A stretch of 63,732 nt of DNA, counting the filler, from Octopus bimaculoides (lineage: Eukaryota), in NCBI RefSeq assembly GCF_001194135.2. It is 5 parts of 5 records of this genome, joined end to end, with 100 filler letters (N's around TTAATTAATTAA, not from the genome) between each part and the next. Parts side by side here need not be neighbours in the genome. Positions count along the whole stretch, not along the records: positions 31,568 to 52,507 come from NC_069009.1; positions 52,608 to 62,185 come from NC_069005.1; 3 more parts are not named here. One strand, written 5' to 3'. The notes beneath the pieces are model-generated. The model worked only from the letters and a program-made list of their open reading frames with translations, was not told the DNA's origin and did not search any database. The translations under genes and the position numbers were made by a program. This document shows, in pieces, positions 47,375 to 60,226 of this stretch. The stretch's first letter is position 1; the number at the start of each line of letters is the position of its first letter.

Positions 47375-48082
47375 TCCTTTCTACTATAGGCACAAGGTCT
47401 GAAGTTTGTGGGGAGGCGACTAGTCGATTAGTTTGACCCTAGTACTTCACTGGTACTTAATCTATTGACCCCAAAAGGATGAAAAGCAAAGTCGACCTCG
47501 GTGAAATTTGAACTCAGAACGCGACAGGTGAAATACTTCTAAGCACGCTAATGATTCTTATTGCTGTATTACCCACAAGGGGCTAAACGTAGAGGGGACA
47601 AACAAGGACAGACAAAGGGATTAAGTCAATTACATCGACCCCAGTGCATAACTGGTTCTTATTTAATCAACCCCGAAAGGATGAAAGGCAAAGTCAACCT
47701 CGGTGGAATTTGAACTCAGAACGTAGCGGCAGACGAAATACCGCTAAGCATTTCGCCCGGCGTACTGACAATTCTGCCAGCTCACTGCCTCCCATAGTAC
47801 AAGTTGTAATAATAATAATAATAATAATAAAAATAATTATTATTATTTCTTTATTGCCCACAAGGGGCTACACACAGAGGGGACAAACAAGGACAGACAA
47901 AGGGATTAAGTCGATATTATATTGACCCCAGTGCATAACTGGTACTTATTTAATCGACCCCGAAAGGATGAAAGACAGAGTCAACCTCGGTGGAATTTGA
48001 ACTCAGAATGTAACGGCAGACGAAACACCGCTAAGCATTTCGCCCGGCGTGCTAACAATTCTGCCAGCTCACCGCCTCCCAT
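47160..48082 (-). mobile_element. Cluster of four SINE family 2 copies separated by (AAT)n
   Basis: Copies at about 47160, 47383, 47565 and 47847; the last two are very similar and both carry tail A. Confidence 0.85.
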
Positions 48083-48166
48083 AGTACAATTTGTAATAAT
48101 AATAATAATAAGAAGAAGAAGAAGAAGGAGAAGAAGAAGAATGATAATAAAAATGATAACAGCAGC

Positions 48167-48227
<61 letters not shown>

Positions 48228-48409
48228 GTGGCTGTTGTGGTTTTTTGCCACAAGGGCAATGGAATAGTGATTATAATAACGATAGTCAGAAGTTGATTGT
48301 GAAGCAAGGCTTAAGGGTCAATCATTCGATATGGAGCAGTCTTGTAGTTTATCTGCTTACATCTTAAGAATGGTTTGGCAAATGGAATTGAGGAATTACC
48401 AATTGGCAT

Positions 48410-48926
48410 CTGTGTGTGTGTGTGTATGTGTTTGTGTGTGTATGTGTGTACATTTGTGTGTGGGTGTATTTGTGTGAGTGTGTGCGCTTGTGTATGCATG
48501 TATGTGTCTGTATATGTGTGTGTATTTGTGTGCATGCATGTGTGCATTTGTGTGTCTGTGTATGTGTGCGTGTGTGCATGCATGTGTGCAGTTGTGTGCC
48601 TGTGTATGTGTGTGTGTGCATGCATGTGTGCAGTTGTGTGTGTGTGTGTATTTGTGTGTGTGAGTGTGTGTGCTTGTGTCTGTCTGTGTATGTATGTATT
48701 TGTGTGTGTGTGAGTGTGTGTGTGTGTGTGTATGTGTTTGCGTATGTGTGTGTATTTGTGTGCATGCATGTGTGCATGTGTGTGTGTATGCGTGTGTGTG
48801 TGCTTGTGTCTGTGTATGTGTGTGTGTTTGTGGATGTGTGTGTGTGTATTTGTGTGTGTGTGTGTGTATGTGTGTTTGTAGTGGTGTGTCTGTGTGATTA
48901 AGGGAATGTGGGTCTATGTGCCTGTA

Positions 48927-48967
<41 letters not shown>

Positions 48968-49202
48968 ACATGTGCATCTGTGTGTGTATGAGTGTACATG
49001 TCTATATGTGTGTCTCTGTGTGTGCGTTGTGTGGTATGCCTGTGTGTTGTATTGCTGAGTGTTGTAGAAATGTATGTGTATTGCATAAACAGCTACGCTT
49101 AATGTGTATGTGTTTGTGGATATGCATGTGTGCTACTGTGTGTGTATGTCACTATATGTATTATGTGTATGTATGTGTGCATGTGTATAGAAGTATGTGC
49201 GT

Positions 49203-49256
<54 letters not shown>

Positions 49257-50249
49257 NNNNNNNNNNNNNNNNNNNNNNNNNNNNNNNNNNNNNNNNNNNN
49301 NNNNNNNNNNNNNNNNNNNNNNNNNNNNNNNNNNNNNNNNNNNNNNNNNNNNNNNNNNNNNNNNNNNNNNNNNNNNNNNNNNNNNNNNNNNNNNNNNNNN
49401 NNNNNNNNNNNNNNNNNNNNNNNNNNNNNNNNNNNNNNNNNNNNNNNNNNNNNNNNNNNNNNNNNNNNNNNNNNNNNNNNNNNNNNNNNNNNNNNNNNNN
49501 NNNNNNNNNNNNNNNNNNNNNNNNNNNNNNNNNNNNNNNNNNNNNNNNNNNNNNNNNNNNNNNNNNNNNNNNNNNNNNNNNNNNNNNNNNNNNNNNNNNN
49601 NNNNNNNNNNNNNNNNNNNNNNNNNNNNNNNNNNNNNNNNNNNNNNNNNNNNNNNNNNNNNNNNNNNNNNNNNNNNNNNNNNNNNNNNNNNNNNNNNNNN
49701 NNNNNNNNNNNNNNNNNNNNNNNNNNNNNNNNNNNNNNNNNNNNNNNNNNNNNNNNNNNNNNNNNNNNNNNNNNNNNNNNNNNNNNNNNNNNNNNNNNNN
49801 NNNNNNNNNNNNNNNNNNNNNNNNNNNNNNNNNNNNNNNTGTATGTGCCTGTATTCGTGTGTGCACGTGTGCATATGTGTGTATTTATATATATATATAA
49901 ATACATACATATATATATATCTTGCTTTTGGTGTGTATAAGTATATATGCATGTATATATGTATTTATGAATGTGTATGTATGCAAGTACATGAATATAT
50001 TTCCGTGCACATATTTGTATATAAGTGTATATAAATCTAGGTCTATGTGTATATATGTGTTAGTTTCTATGTGCATATGTCTATGTATAGATGAGTGTAT
50101 ATATGTGGATGTATGTATGAGTATATGGGTATACAATGTATAAGAACACACACAGATGCATATATAATTAGACTCAAATATATACACATAGCTATTTACA
50201 CTTGTACTGATTTATACACACTTAATCCCATACTGAGTATAGAATACAG

Positions 50250-50293
<44 letters not shown>

Positions 50294-50340
50294 CACACAC
50301 AGACACATACAAACATATATAAACTTACATAAAGAATGAT

Positions 50341-50396
<56 letters not shown>

Positions 50397-50445
50397 TAGA
50401 TATATATACACACACATATACACATGAATATATATATATATATAT

Positions 50446-50476
<31 letters not shown>

Positions 50477-50622
50477 CATACATGAACATGTAAACACATA
50501 TACACACTCACACAAACACACACATGTATATACACAGATACAGAAAAGGATGATGATCATATATACACGTGTGTATATACATATTAAGTATTGGATATTG
50601 GCTAACTATATATAATGAATAG

Positions 50623-50666
<44 letters not shown>

Positions 50667-50993
50667 NNNNNNNNNNTTCATATGTGCATTCACAATGTAT
50701 ATATACCTGCACAGGTTATATATATATACACATAAATAAACATGGACAAACATCATATATACATACATGCACAGACATACAGATGTATACATATATAGAC
50801 AGACATGCATATAGAGAGGCATATGGACAAGTACATGCATATACGCAAGTACACACACGTTAAACATACATATACATATACACCTATATATACACTGCAC
50901 ATACAATGGGGTGAGATAACACTTCTATTATGAGATTTCCCAGCGGTCACTTTTTTGTTGGAGAGTGACTGGCAGGGCTGGACAGGAGAGGTG

Positions 50994-51031
<38 letters not shown>

Positions 51032-52510
51032 GAATATATATATATATATATGTAAGGTGAAAGAGGGAGCGACAAACAGACAGACGGAGAAGGAGAGTAG
51101 ACAGGTATGTAGTGAGAGAGAGGTAAGAAAGAGAGATAGAAATGAGTATATATANNNNNNNNNNNNNNNNNNNNNNNNNNNNNNNNNNNNNNNNNNNNNN
51201 NNNNNNNNNNNNNNNNNNNNNNNNNNNNNNNNNNNNNNNNNNNNNNNNNNNNNNNNNNNNNNNNNNNNNNNNNNNNNNNNNNNNNNNNNNNNNNNNNNNN
51301 NNNNNNNNNNNNNNNNNNNNNNNNNNNNNNNNNNNNNNNNNNNNNNNNNNNNNNNNNNNNNNNNNNNNNNNNNNNNNNNNNNNNNNNNNNNNNNNNNNNN
51401 NNNNNNNNNNNNNNNNNNNNNNNNNNNNNNNNNNNNNNNNNNNNNNNNNNNNNNNNNNNNNNNNNNNNNNNNNNNNNNNNNNNNNNNNNNNNNNNNNNNN
51501 NNNNNNNNNNNNNNNNNNNNNNNNNNNNNNNNNNNNNNNNNNNNNNNNNNNNNNNNNNNNNNNNNNNNNNNNNNNNNNNNNNNNNNNNNNNNNNNNNNNN
51601 NNNNNNNNNNNNNNNNNNNNNNNNNNNNNNNNNNNNNNNNNNNNNNNNNNNNNNNNNNNNNNNNNNNNNNNNNNNNNNNNNNNNNNNNNNNNNNNNNNNN
51701 NNNNNNNNNNNNNNNNNNTAAATATATATGTGTGTATATATATATATAACTATACGTATGTATATGCGTACACAATTGTATATGTGTATATTCCTATGTG
51801 TGTGCGCGCGCGTGTGTGAGCATGTGTGTGTGTGTGTGTGTGTCTGTGTGTGTATATATATCAGGAAACAAAGAGTTATGCACACCATTTTGGTAAGACA
51901 AGAAACTATAACAAAAAGAGTGTACCACCACCATCATCACCACTACCACCACCACCACCACCACCACCGCTGCCACTGCCACTACATGAGCAGGAGAGCC
52001 GTGCCTACACCCAGTGGACAGAACAGGGAAACCAACAAAAACAAAAACAACAACAACAAACTAGATTTACCTCCAAGTTGTTATTAATAAATAAGGTGTA
52101 ATGTCAAACACACTGGAAATATGGTTGTTAGGTGTGTGTGTGTGTATATATATATATATATGAGTGTGTGTGTGTATATATATGTATATGTGTGTGTATG
52201 TGTGCATATATATATATGTGTGTATGTGTGTGTATATATATATATGTGTGTGTGTATGTGTGTGTTTATATGTGTGTGTATGTGTGTGTGTATATATATA
52301 TACACACAAAGATATATATATATATATTTATGTATATATATGTGTATGTATATGTGTATTTACATATTTATATATACCTGCAAATATGTATGTGTGCATA
52401 CATATATATATTTGCTATATATATGTATGTCTATCTATATATATATGTATATTTATATATATGCATACACGTGTGTGAGTGTGTGTATGTACACATATAT
52501 ATATATANNN
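48410..52510. repeat. Long degenerate (TG)n/(TA)n/(CA)n/(GA)n field with gaps
   Basis: Read directly from the sequence. Confidence 0.9.
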
Positions 52511-52607
52511 NNNNNNNNNNNNNNNNNNNNNNNNNNNNNNNNNNNNNNNNNTTAATTAATTAANNNNNNNNNNNNNNNNNNNNNNNNNNNNNNNNNNNNN
52601 NNNNNNN

Positions 52608-53152
52608 GATAGAATAAGTACTAGGCTTACAAAGAATAAGTCACGAGGGTCGATTTGCTCGACTAAAGGCGGTGCTCCAGCATGGCCACAGTCAAATGAC
52701 TGAAACAAGTAAGAGTAACAGGTGAGGCATATATTTTTGTGGAAAGTTATCGTGGGGCCTGGGGGGGGGGATAGGTTGGAAAACACAGTGGTGGACTATA
52801 TTGCAGTACTGCTTTACATATCGTGTACAGCGATGTTCACACAGACACACACACACACATACACCCGAGATCACATTACAGTACTACTGACCTATCGAGT
52901 ACTGTGCTGTTGTTACACATACAAACAGTCTAGGCCACATCGCATTCCAGGATTGCTCAGGGGCTATGGTGCTACACCCCTTGACGGAATCCAAAAGAAA
53001 ACCATTCGATTGCTGGCGTGGCTATGTGGGTAGAAGTTTACTTCCCAAAACATATGGTTCCGGGTTCTACTGTAGCCTCAGACTGACCAAAGACTTGTGA
53101 ATAAATTTGGTACACGGAAACTGAAAGAAATCCGTCATACATACATACATAA

Positions 53153-53187
<35 letters not shown>

Positions 53188-53194
53188 GTATATA

Positions 53195-53265
<71 letters not shown>

Positions 53266-53590
53266 ACACACACATATATATACAAACATATATGTATGTA
53301 TGTATGTATGTATTGCATGCGTGTGCGTATATGTGTCTTACTGTGTCTGTTTTTTCCCCACCATCGCTTGACAACCGGTGTTGGTGTGTTTACGTCCTCA
53401 AAAACAGCGTTTCGTCAACAGATATCGATAGAATAAGTAGCAGGTTAACCCTCTCCCCCACCAAAAAAAACCCCAAAAAAAACCCAACAAAAAACAAGTC
53501 CTGAGGTCGATTCATTCGGACTAAAAATTCTTCAAGGCGATGCCCCAGCATGGCCGCAGACTAACGACTGAAGCAAGTACGAGATAAAAG
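52608..53590. mobile_element. SINE family 1 fragments: tail (+) 52608-52715, head (-) 53020-53135, tail (+) 53340-53590
   Basis: Matches to the family 1 consensus seen elsewhere in the window. Confidence 0.75.
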
Positions 53591-53969
53591 AAATATACAA
53601 ACAGAGACATACTACNNNNNNNNNNNNNNNNNNNNNNNNNNNNNNNNNNNNNNNNNNNNNNNNNNNNNNNNNNNNNNNNNNNNNNNNNNNNNNNNNNNNN
53701 NNNNNNNNNNNNNNNNNNNNNNNNNNNNNNNNNNNNNNNNNNNNNNNNNNNNNNNNNNNNNNNNNNNNNNNNNNNNNNNNNNNNNNNNNNNNNNNNNNNN
53801 NNNNNNNNNNNNNNNNNNNNNNNNNNNNNNNNNNNNNNNNNNNNNNNNNNNNNNNNNNNNNNNNNNNNNNNNNNNNNNNNNNNNNNNNNNNNNNNNNNNN
53901 NNNNNNNNNNNNNNNNNNNNNNNNNNNNNNNNNNNNNNNNNNNNNNNNNNNNNNNNNNNNNNNNNNNCC

Positions 53970-54337
53970 AGTCGATTAGATCGACCCCAGTACGCAACTG
54001 GTTATTAATTTATCGACTCTGTAAGGATAAAAGGTAAAGTCGATCTCGGCAGAATTTGAACTCAGAACGTAAAGACTGACGAAATACCGCGTGCTAACGT
54101 TTCTTATTTCATTATTGCCCACAAGGGGCTAAACATAGACGGGACAAACAAGGACAGACGAAGGGATTAAGTCGATTACATCGACTCCAGTGCGTAACTG
54201 GTACTTAATTTATCGACCCCGGAAGGATGAAAGGCAAAGTCGACCTCGGCGGAATTTGAACTCAGAACGTAACGGCAGACGAAATACCGCAAGCATTTCG
54301 CCCGGCGCGCTAACGTTTCTACCAGCTCGCCGCCTTC
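53970..54337 (-). mobile_element. Two SINE family 2 copies (the second looks young, tail A)
   Basis: Nearly intact GGCGGCGAGCTGGTAGAAACGTTAGCGCGCCGGGCG head. Confidence 0.85.
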
Positions 54338-54672
54338 AGAAGCAATATTTATCTCCACTAAAGCATAAATGCTCTATTAGAACAAGCTATACTCCAGCAG
54401 ATGCCACGAAAAATCTCTCATACCGGCTTTTGCGTGCAAAATGCACTCGTGGTTATATCACTAGCGGGGAGAAAGATCTCTGCCATCTCCTGCGCTGAGA
54501 TCACTTGATCACATGATTTCGACCTTGTTTGGTCTTGTTAATGATGGCCACTGGTCTAATAGAGGCATCAGCAATTCATTTCCCCACCAGCGATTTATAG
54601 ATCGAAAGTGCCAGAACAGGCTCTGGTGTAATGATTAGCCAGTGAGTTTGTTAATATATATATATATATATA

Positions 54673-54832
54673 TAGGCGCAGGAGTGGCTGTGTGGTAAGT
54701 AGCTTGCTTACCAACCACATGGTTCCGGATTCAGTCCCACTGCGTGGCACCTTGGGCAAGTGTCTTCTACTATAACCTCGAGCCAACCAAAACCTTGTGA
54801 ATGTATTTGGTAGACAGAAACTGAAAGAAGGA
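54673..54832 (+). mobile_element. SINE family 1 head and body
   Basis: GGCGCAGGAGTGGCTGTGTGGTAAGTAGCTTGCTTACCAACCACATGG; shows the uninterrupted state of the site disrupted at 5924. Confidence 0.9.
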
Positions 54833-55141
54833 NNNNNNNNNNNNNNNNNNNNNNNNNNNNNNNNNNNNNNNNNNNNNNNNNNNNNNNNNNNNNNNNNNNN
54901 NNNNNNNNNNNNNNNNNNNNNNNNNNNNNNNNNNNNNNNNNNNNNNNNNNNNNNNNNNNNNAGATCTCTGCCATCTCCTGCGCTGAGATCACTTGATCAC
55001 ATGATTTCGACCTTGTTTGGTCTTGTTAATGATGGCCACTGGTCTAATAGAGGCATCAGCAATTCATTTCCCCACCAGCGATTTATAGATCGAAAGTGCC
55101 AGAACAGGCTCTGGTGTAATGATTAGCCAGTGAGTTTGTTA

Positions 55142-55175
<34 letters not shown>

Positions 55176-55649
55176 ATGTTTGTGTGTCTGTGTTTGTCCC
55201 CCCAAAAGGAAATTGGAAGTAGAAATGGAAATGGTCACGGGTCACATGGTAGTGGGCGGAGTGAGGAAAGAGACAAAAATAACATGTCTATATTTACGCA
55301 CTCATTCATCTAGTATATGTACTCACACAAACACACACAGACACACACACGTGTATAATACCAATCAACTCGCATTTCACTGTTACTTTGTTACTCTCAG
55401 TACCCACCCTTAAATTAGCAATATAGCCCACGATATAGTTTAGCAATGCATTGTACAAGCTAATCAATTATTCGTTAAAAGCGTACTCCGGCCATACCTC
55501 TAATTCTTTTAAATCTCGCTTCTACAGTTACACTCATGCATTTAGAAACTCAGAGGAAGTAATGAAATATCATTGACTCGTCTTATTTGACAATTGAAGA
55601 ATAAAAAAAAAAAAAAAATTATTTGCTGCTGGACATTTTTATTCAATGT

Positions 55650-55727
55650 CTACACAGGAAACAAAAGCCTAAGCATCTTTTGCATGGACATTCTTTTCGC
55701 CTCTTCAATATTCTGAAAGAATTTCTG
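55650..55727 (-). CDS. Candidate terminal coding exon of an unknown gene
   Basis: Polypyrimidine tract plus NAGNAG acceptor; 25 codons QKFFQNIEEAKRMSMQKMLRLLFPV*; AATAAA 6 nt after the stop, then a U-rich tract. No homology recognised. Confidence 0.25.
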   Translation of the reverse strand, partial: QKFFQNIEEAKRMSMQKMLRLLFPV

Positions 55728-55909
55728 CTTGAAAAACAAAAAACCCTTAAGTTTTATAAACGTGTTTATCCTATCATATACCACCTTTTTGTATGTATAT
55801 GAGTTTAGCTTCAATCAGCTAAAACATATTTCCACTTGTATGAAAATATACTTACCAAATCAGTTATTTTCTTAATGTTATCCTATCTCACCCACAATGT
55901 TACATTAGT

Positions 55910-56860
55910 AGAAGTACATTAACAGTGGTTTCCTACAGCGGTGCAACAGTAGAACTATATTAACGGTCGGCTCTGGCAGTAGTATATTAGGAGTGGTATA
56001 CGAACTGGTACATTAACAATAGTATATTTCAGAGACACCCTGGTAACAGCACTTGACAGTGCTATCCTGACAGCGATACATTGACAGAGGTATATTGACA
56101 GTGTTACACTGGCAGTGGTAAACTGACAATACTACATTGACAGTATACGTGGCAGTAGTAATATTGACAGTGGTACATTGACAGTGAGCTGGCAGAAACG
56201 TTAGAACGTCGGGTGAAATGCTTAGCGGTATTTTATTTCATCTGTCTTTATGTTCTGAGTTCAAATTCCGCCGAGGTCGACTTTGCCTTTTATCCTTTTG
56301 GGGTCGATAAATTAAGTACCAGTTACGCACTGGGGTCGATGTAATCGACTTAATCCCTTCGTCTGTCCTTGTTTGTCCCCTCTATGTTTTTAGTCCCTTG
56401 TGGGCAATAGAGAAATGAGAAACGTTTGCACGCCGAAATACTTAGCGGTATTTCGTCTATCTTTACGTTCTGAGTTCAAATTCCGCCGAGATCGATTTTG
56501 CCTTTCGTCATTTCGAGGTCGATAAATTAAGTGCCACTTGCGTACTGGGGTTGATCTAATCGACTGGCCCCCTCCCCAAAATTTCGGGCCTTGTGCTTAG
56601 AATAGGAAAGTGGTACTTTGGCAGTAGTACATTGACAGTGATATAATGACAATGCTACATTGACTGTAGTATATTGACGGTGGTGCATTGAGAATGATAT
56701 TTTGACAGTATACATTAAGAATAGTACATTGAAAATGATATATTGATAGCGATATATATTCAGTGATACAATGACAATGCTATATAGACTGTACACTGGT
56801 AGTATACACTATATAGACTGTACACTGGTAGTAGTAGACAATAATATATTGACATTTTTA
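55910..56860. repeat. ~15-bp TACATTGACAGTGG minisatellite interrupted by two SINE2 copies (56205-56605, +)
   Basis: The ACATTGACAGT motif recurs on both sides of the SINEs. Confidence 0.75.
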
Positions 56861-57344
56861 CACAATTAGTGACACAATGTCAATGTCATTTGTGTGGTAT
56901 ATTGATAACGTTATGATAATAGGCTATCAGTGTGTCATGTGGTACAGTGCTATTATTTGCAGTGTTGTTTTTGCTGTTGTTGTTGTTTGCCTTCAGGTTA
57001 ACCCTGATTCAACAAACCCAACAACAACGACCTTCCAGTTTTGGCTGTCCTAACTTTTATCCAGAAATTGTTTATCTAGAACTTACATTATCCAATGTGC
57101 CTTATGTAAAATATTTGAGAGCTGTCTAGTTGCTATTTCTAGCTTATCCACCAGAGCACGTAGAGACGCCATCGGTGACTGACTTGCGTATGCTCGCCTA
57201 TATACGTCTGGTTAAAACTAGTGTGCGCGCACATGTGTATGTATTGTGTGTGTGTGTGTGTATTTGTTGGTTTGTTGAATAAGAAAGTGCGTCCTTGGTT
57301 GGATACGAAGTTGTGGTATGATCTGTATGCATAAAAGTTTGCAA

Positions 57345-57490
57345 TATATGTGGTAAGAAGCTTGCTTCCCAACTACATGGTTCCGTGTTCAGTCCCACTG
57401 TGCGGCACCTTGGGCAAGTGTCTTCCACTATAGACTCGGGCCGACCAAAGCCTTGTGAGTGGATTTGGTAGACGGAAACTGAAAGAAGTC
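57345..57490 (+). mobile_element. SINE family 1 head and body
   Basis: TGTGGTAAGAAGCTTGCTTCCCAACTACATGGTTCC...GGAAACTGAAAGAAG. Confidence 0.85.
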
Positions 57491-57494
57491 CATC

Positions 57495-57548
<54 letters not shown>

Positions 57549-58582
57549 NNNNNNNNNNNNNNNNNNNNNNNNNNNNNNNNNNNNNNNNNNNNNNNNNNNN
57601 NNNNNNNNNNNNNNNNNNNNNNNNNNNNNNNNNNNNNNNNNNNNNNNNNNNNNNNNNNNNNNNNNNNNNNNNNNNNNNNNNNNNNNNNNNNNNNNNNNNN
57701 NNNNNNNNNNNNNNNNNNNNNNNNNNNNNNNNNNNNNNNNNNNNNNNNNNNNNNNNNNNNNNNNNNNNNNNNNNNNNNNNNNNNNNNNNNNNNNNNNNNN
57801 NNNNNNNNNNNNNNNNNNNNNNNNNNNNNNNNNNNNNNNNNNNNNNNNNNNNNNNNNNNNNNNNNNNNNNNNNNNNNNNNNNNNNNNNNNNNNNNNNNNN
57901 NNNNNNNNNNNNNNNNNNNNNNNNNNNNNNNNNNNNNNNNNNNNNNNNNNNNNNNNNNNNNNNNNNNNNNNNNNNNNNNNNNNNNNNNNNNNNNNNNNNN
58001 NNNNNNNNNNNNNNNNNNNNNNNNNNNNNNNNNNNNNNNNNNNNNNNNNNNNNNNNNNNNNNNNNNNNNNNNNNNNNNNNNNNNNNNNNNNNNNNNNNNN
58101 NNNNNNNNNNNNNNNNNNNNNNNNNNNNNNNNNNNNNNNNNNNNNNNNNNNNNNNNNNNNNNNNNNNNNNNNNNNNNNNNNNNNNNNCTCGCTCTCCCCA
58201 CCACCTCTTTCACGCATTCATGGCCCAAACACGCATATCCATACATATACTTAAAAAATACGTGAATACTTTCAGACGCACACACACACACACATACACA
58301 CACACACACACACACACATACACATACGCACAGACACGTACACTCATATAAAAATACACATGCATAATACATACTTAAATAAATATATGCATACATACAT
58401 GAGCACATACATACATACATACACACATACATACATATTCATACATACATACACAATCACGCAAACATTCATGAACACATACACATACATGCCTACACAT
58501 ACATGCCTACACATACACACGCATAAAACATACCTTATCACGCACACTTACACACATACACTCATACACACAAACACACACA

Positions 58583-58613
<31 letters not shown>

Positions 58614-59457
58614 TCTCTCTCACACACACACACAAACAGTCTCTCTCCCACACACACGCAAACACAGAAATCATGGTGGAGAAAAGCAGCTTCGAGATCG
58701 TTGACGTGTCTTGATCACGTGACTGACCAAGCGCCAGGATTATGGAAATGTCAAAGGTTAGCACGTGTCAGAACTATCAGTAGGTCAAAGGCCAGCGTGT
58801 ATTAAAGGTTTGCGAGAAACATCTGAACGAATAAGGAATGTCTCTAGAAAGGCGTGTTGGTCGTCAAAGGTGTTAGCTTTCTGTCATTCTTATGATTTAG
58901 AAAAAAACGAAAGAACAGGTTGTAAGTTTAATTCTGGGACGAGGTAGTGCTTCCTTTGAGACCATATAATAATATCAGCCGTCATCTTTATTATCGTTTT
59001 TCTCGTGTTGTGATGTTGATGTTGTTGTTGTTGTCGCAACGTTAATGCTGTCGTTGGTGTTCTTGTTATTGTTGTCAACGCTGTTGCTGATGAAGTCGAC
59101 GTCGTTTGTTTTCGTCGTGGATGCTGCAGCTGTTGTTTTCGTTGTTGTCATTGCCACCGTGATCCTCGATGTTGTGATTGTTGTTACCGTCGTTGTTGTC
59201 GTCAATTTTGTTATTGTCATCGTTGTTGTCGTCGTCGTTGACGTCAATGTTGTTGTTACAGCTCTTACAATCGATAATTTCGGTACAGATGTTAATTGTT
59301 AGACGGTGGTGAAAATGGTATTAGTGACAGAAAAACTATCCATCACTTAGGAAATGTAAATTGATTTAAAACTCTCATAATTCATGTGTTTCGTTTTTGT
59401 ATACAAGAAATGATTGAAGCCTTAGCCATCATTATGTTTCATTAAATCATTGATCTA

Positions 59458-59850
59458 AGGGCGGGTGAGCTGTCAGAAACGTCAGCACGCCGGGCGAAAT
59501 GCTAAGCGGTATTTCGTCTGCCGTTACGTTCTGAGTTCAAATTACCCCTAGGTCGACTTTGCCTTTCATCCTTTCGGGGTCGATAAATTAAGTACCCGTT
59601 GCATACTGGTGTCGATCTAATCGACTAGTTCCCTTCCCAAAGGTTCGGGCCTTGTGCCTAGAGTAGAAAAGAATCGCTAGCACACGGGACAAAATAATTA
59701 GCGGCATTCCTTTCAGCTTTTCATGTTCTAAATTCAAATACCATCGAAACCAGCTTTGCTCTTCGGAGTCGATAAAATAAATACCATTGGAGTACTGAGA
59801 GCGATGTAAACGACTTCCTTGTCCCCTTAAATCTGCTAGCTTTACGCCAA
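59458..59850 (+). mobile_element. SINE family 2 (tail B) plus a degenerate copy
   Basis: GGCGGGTGAGCTGTCAGAAACGTCAGCACGCCGGGCG head. Confidence 0.85.
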
Positions 59851-60001
59851 ATATAGCAAGAATTTATGTTATTAGTCCCAGAGTTCAAATTCAGCAGGGG
59901 TTAATTTTGTCTTTCAATTTCCTGGGTTCGGTAAAATGAAATTCCACTCAAGTACTGGAGTCAGAATTCTCAGCAATTCCCTTCTAAATTTGTAACTCCG
60001 G

Positions 60002-60037
<36 letters not shown>

Positions 60038-60181
60038 CCACCTAAATGTGTCTAACCCTTAAGGGTCGATGCTACTGTAGCTTGTAGCCCCAGGAAGACA
60101 TCTCTTGACATACTATCTGTGCCCTATCAGTATTTGCAAAGGGAAGTCAGTCATCGTTCCCATCTCTAGCTTGACGTGATA

Positions 60182-60226
60182 CACACGGACCCGAGTTTCT
60201 GGGTATTGATCCGTCATCAGCGCGTG
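60182..60226 (-). ncRNA. Type I hammerhead ribozyme motif with an intact core
   Basis: Minus strand: CACGCG-CTGATGA-CGGAT-caat-ACCCA-GAAA-CTCGGG-TC-CGTGTG. 6-bp stem I, GUC triplet, self-complementary ACUCGGGU stem III, two mismatches in stem II. Confidence 0.7.

Noticed and set aside
54474-55160. Near-identical ~200-bp duplication on both sides of a gap (54474-54672 and 54962-55160)
   Set aside because: Most likely overlapping contig ends or two haplotypes; needs long reads before calling a tandem duplication.
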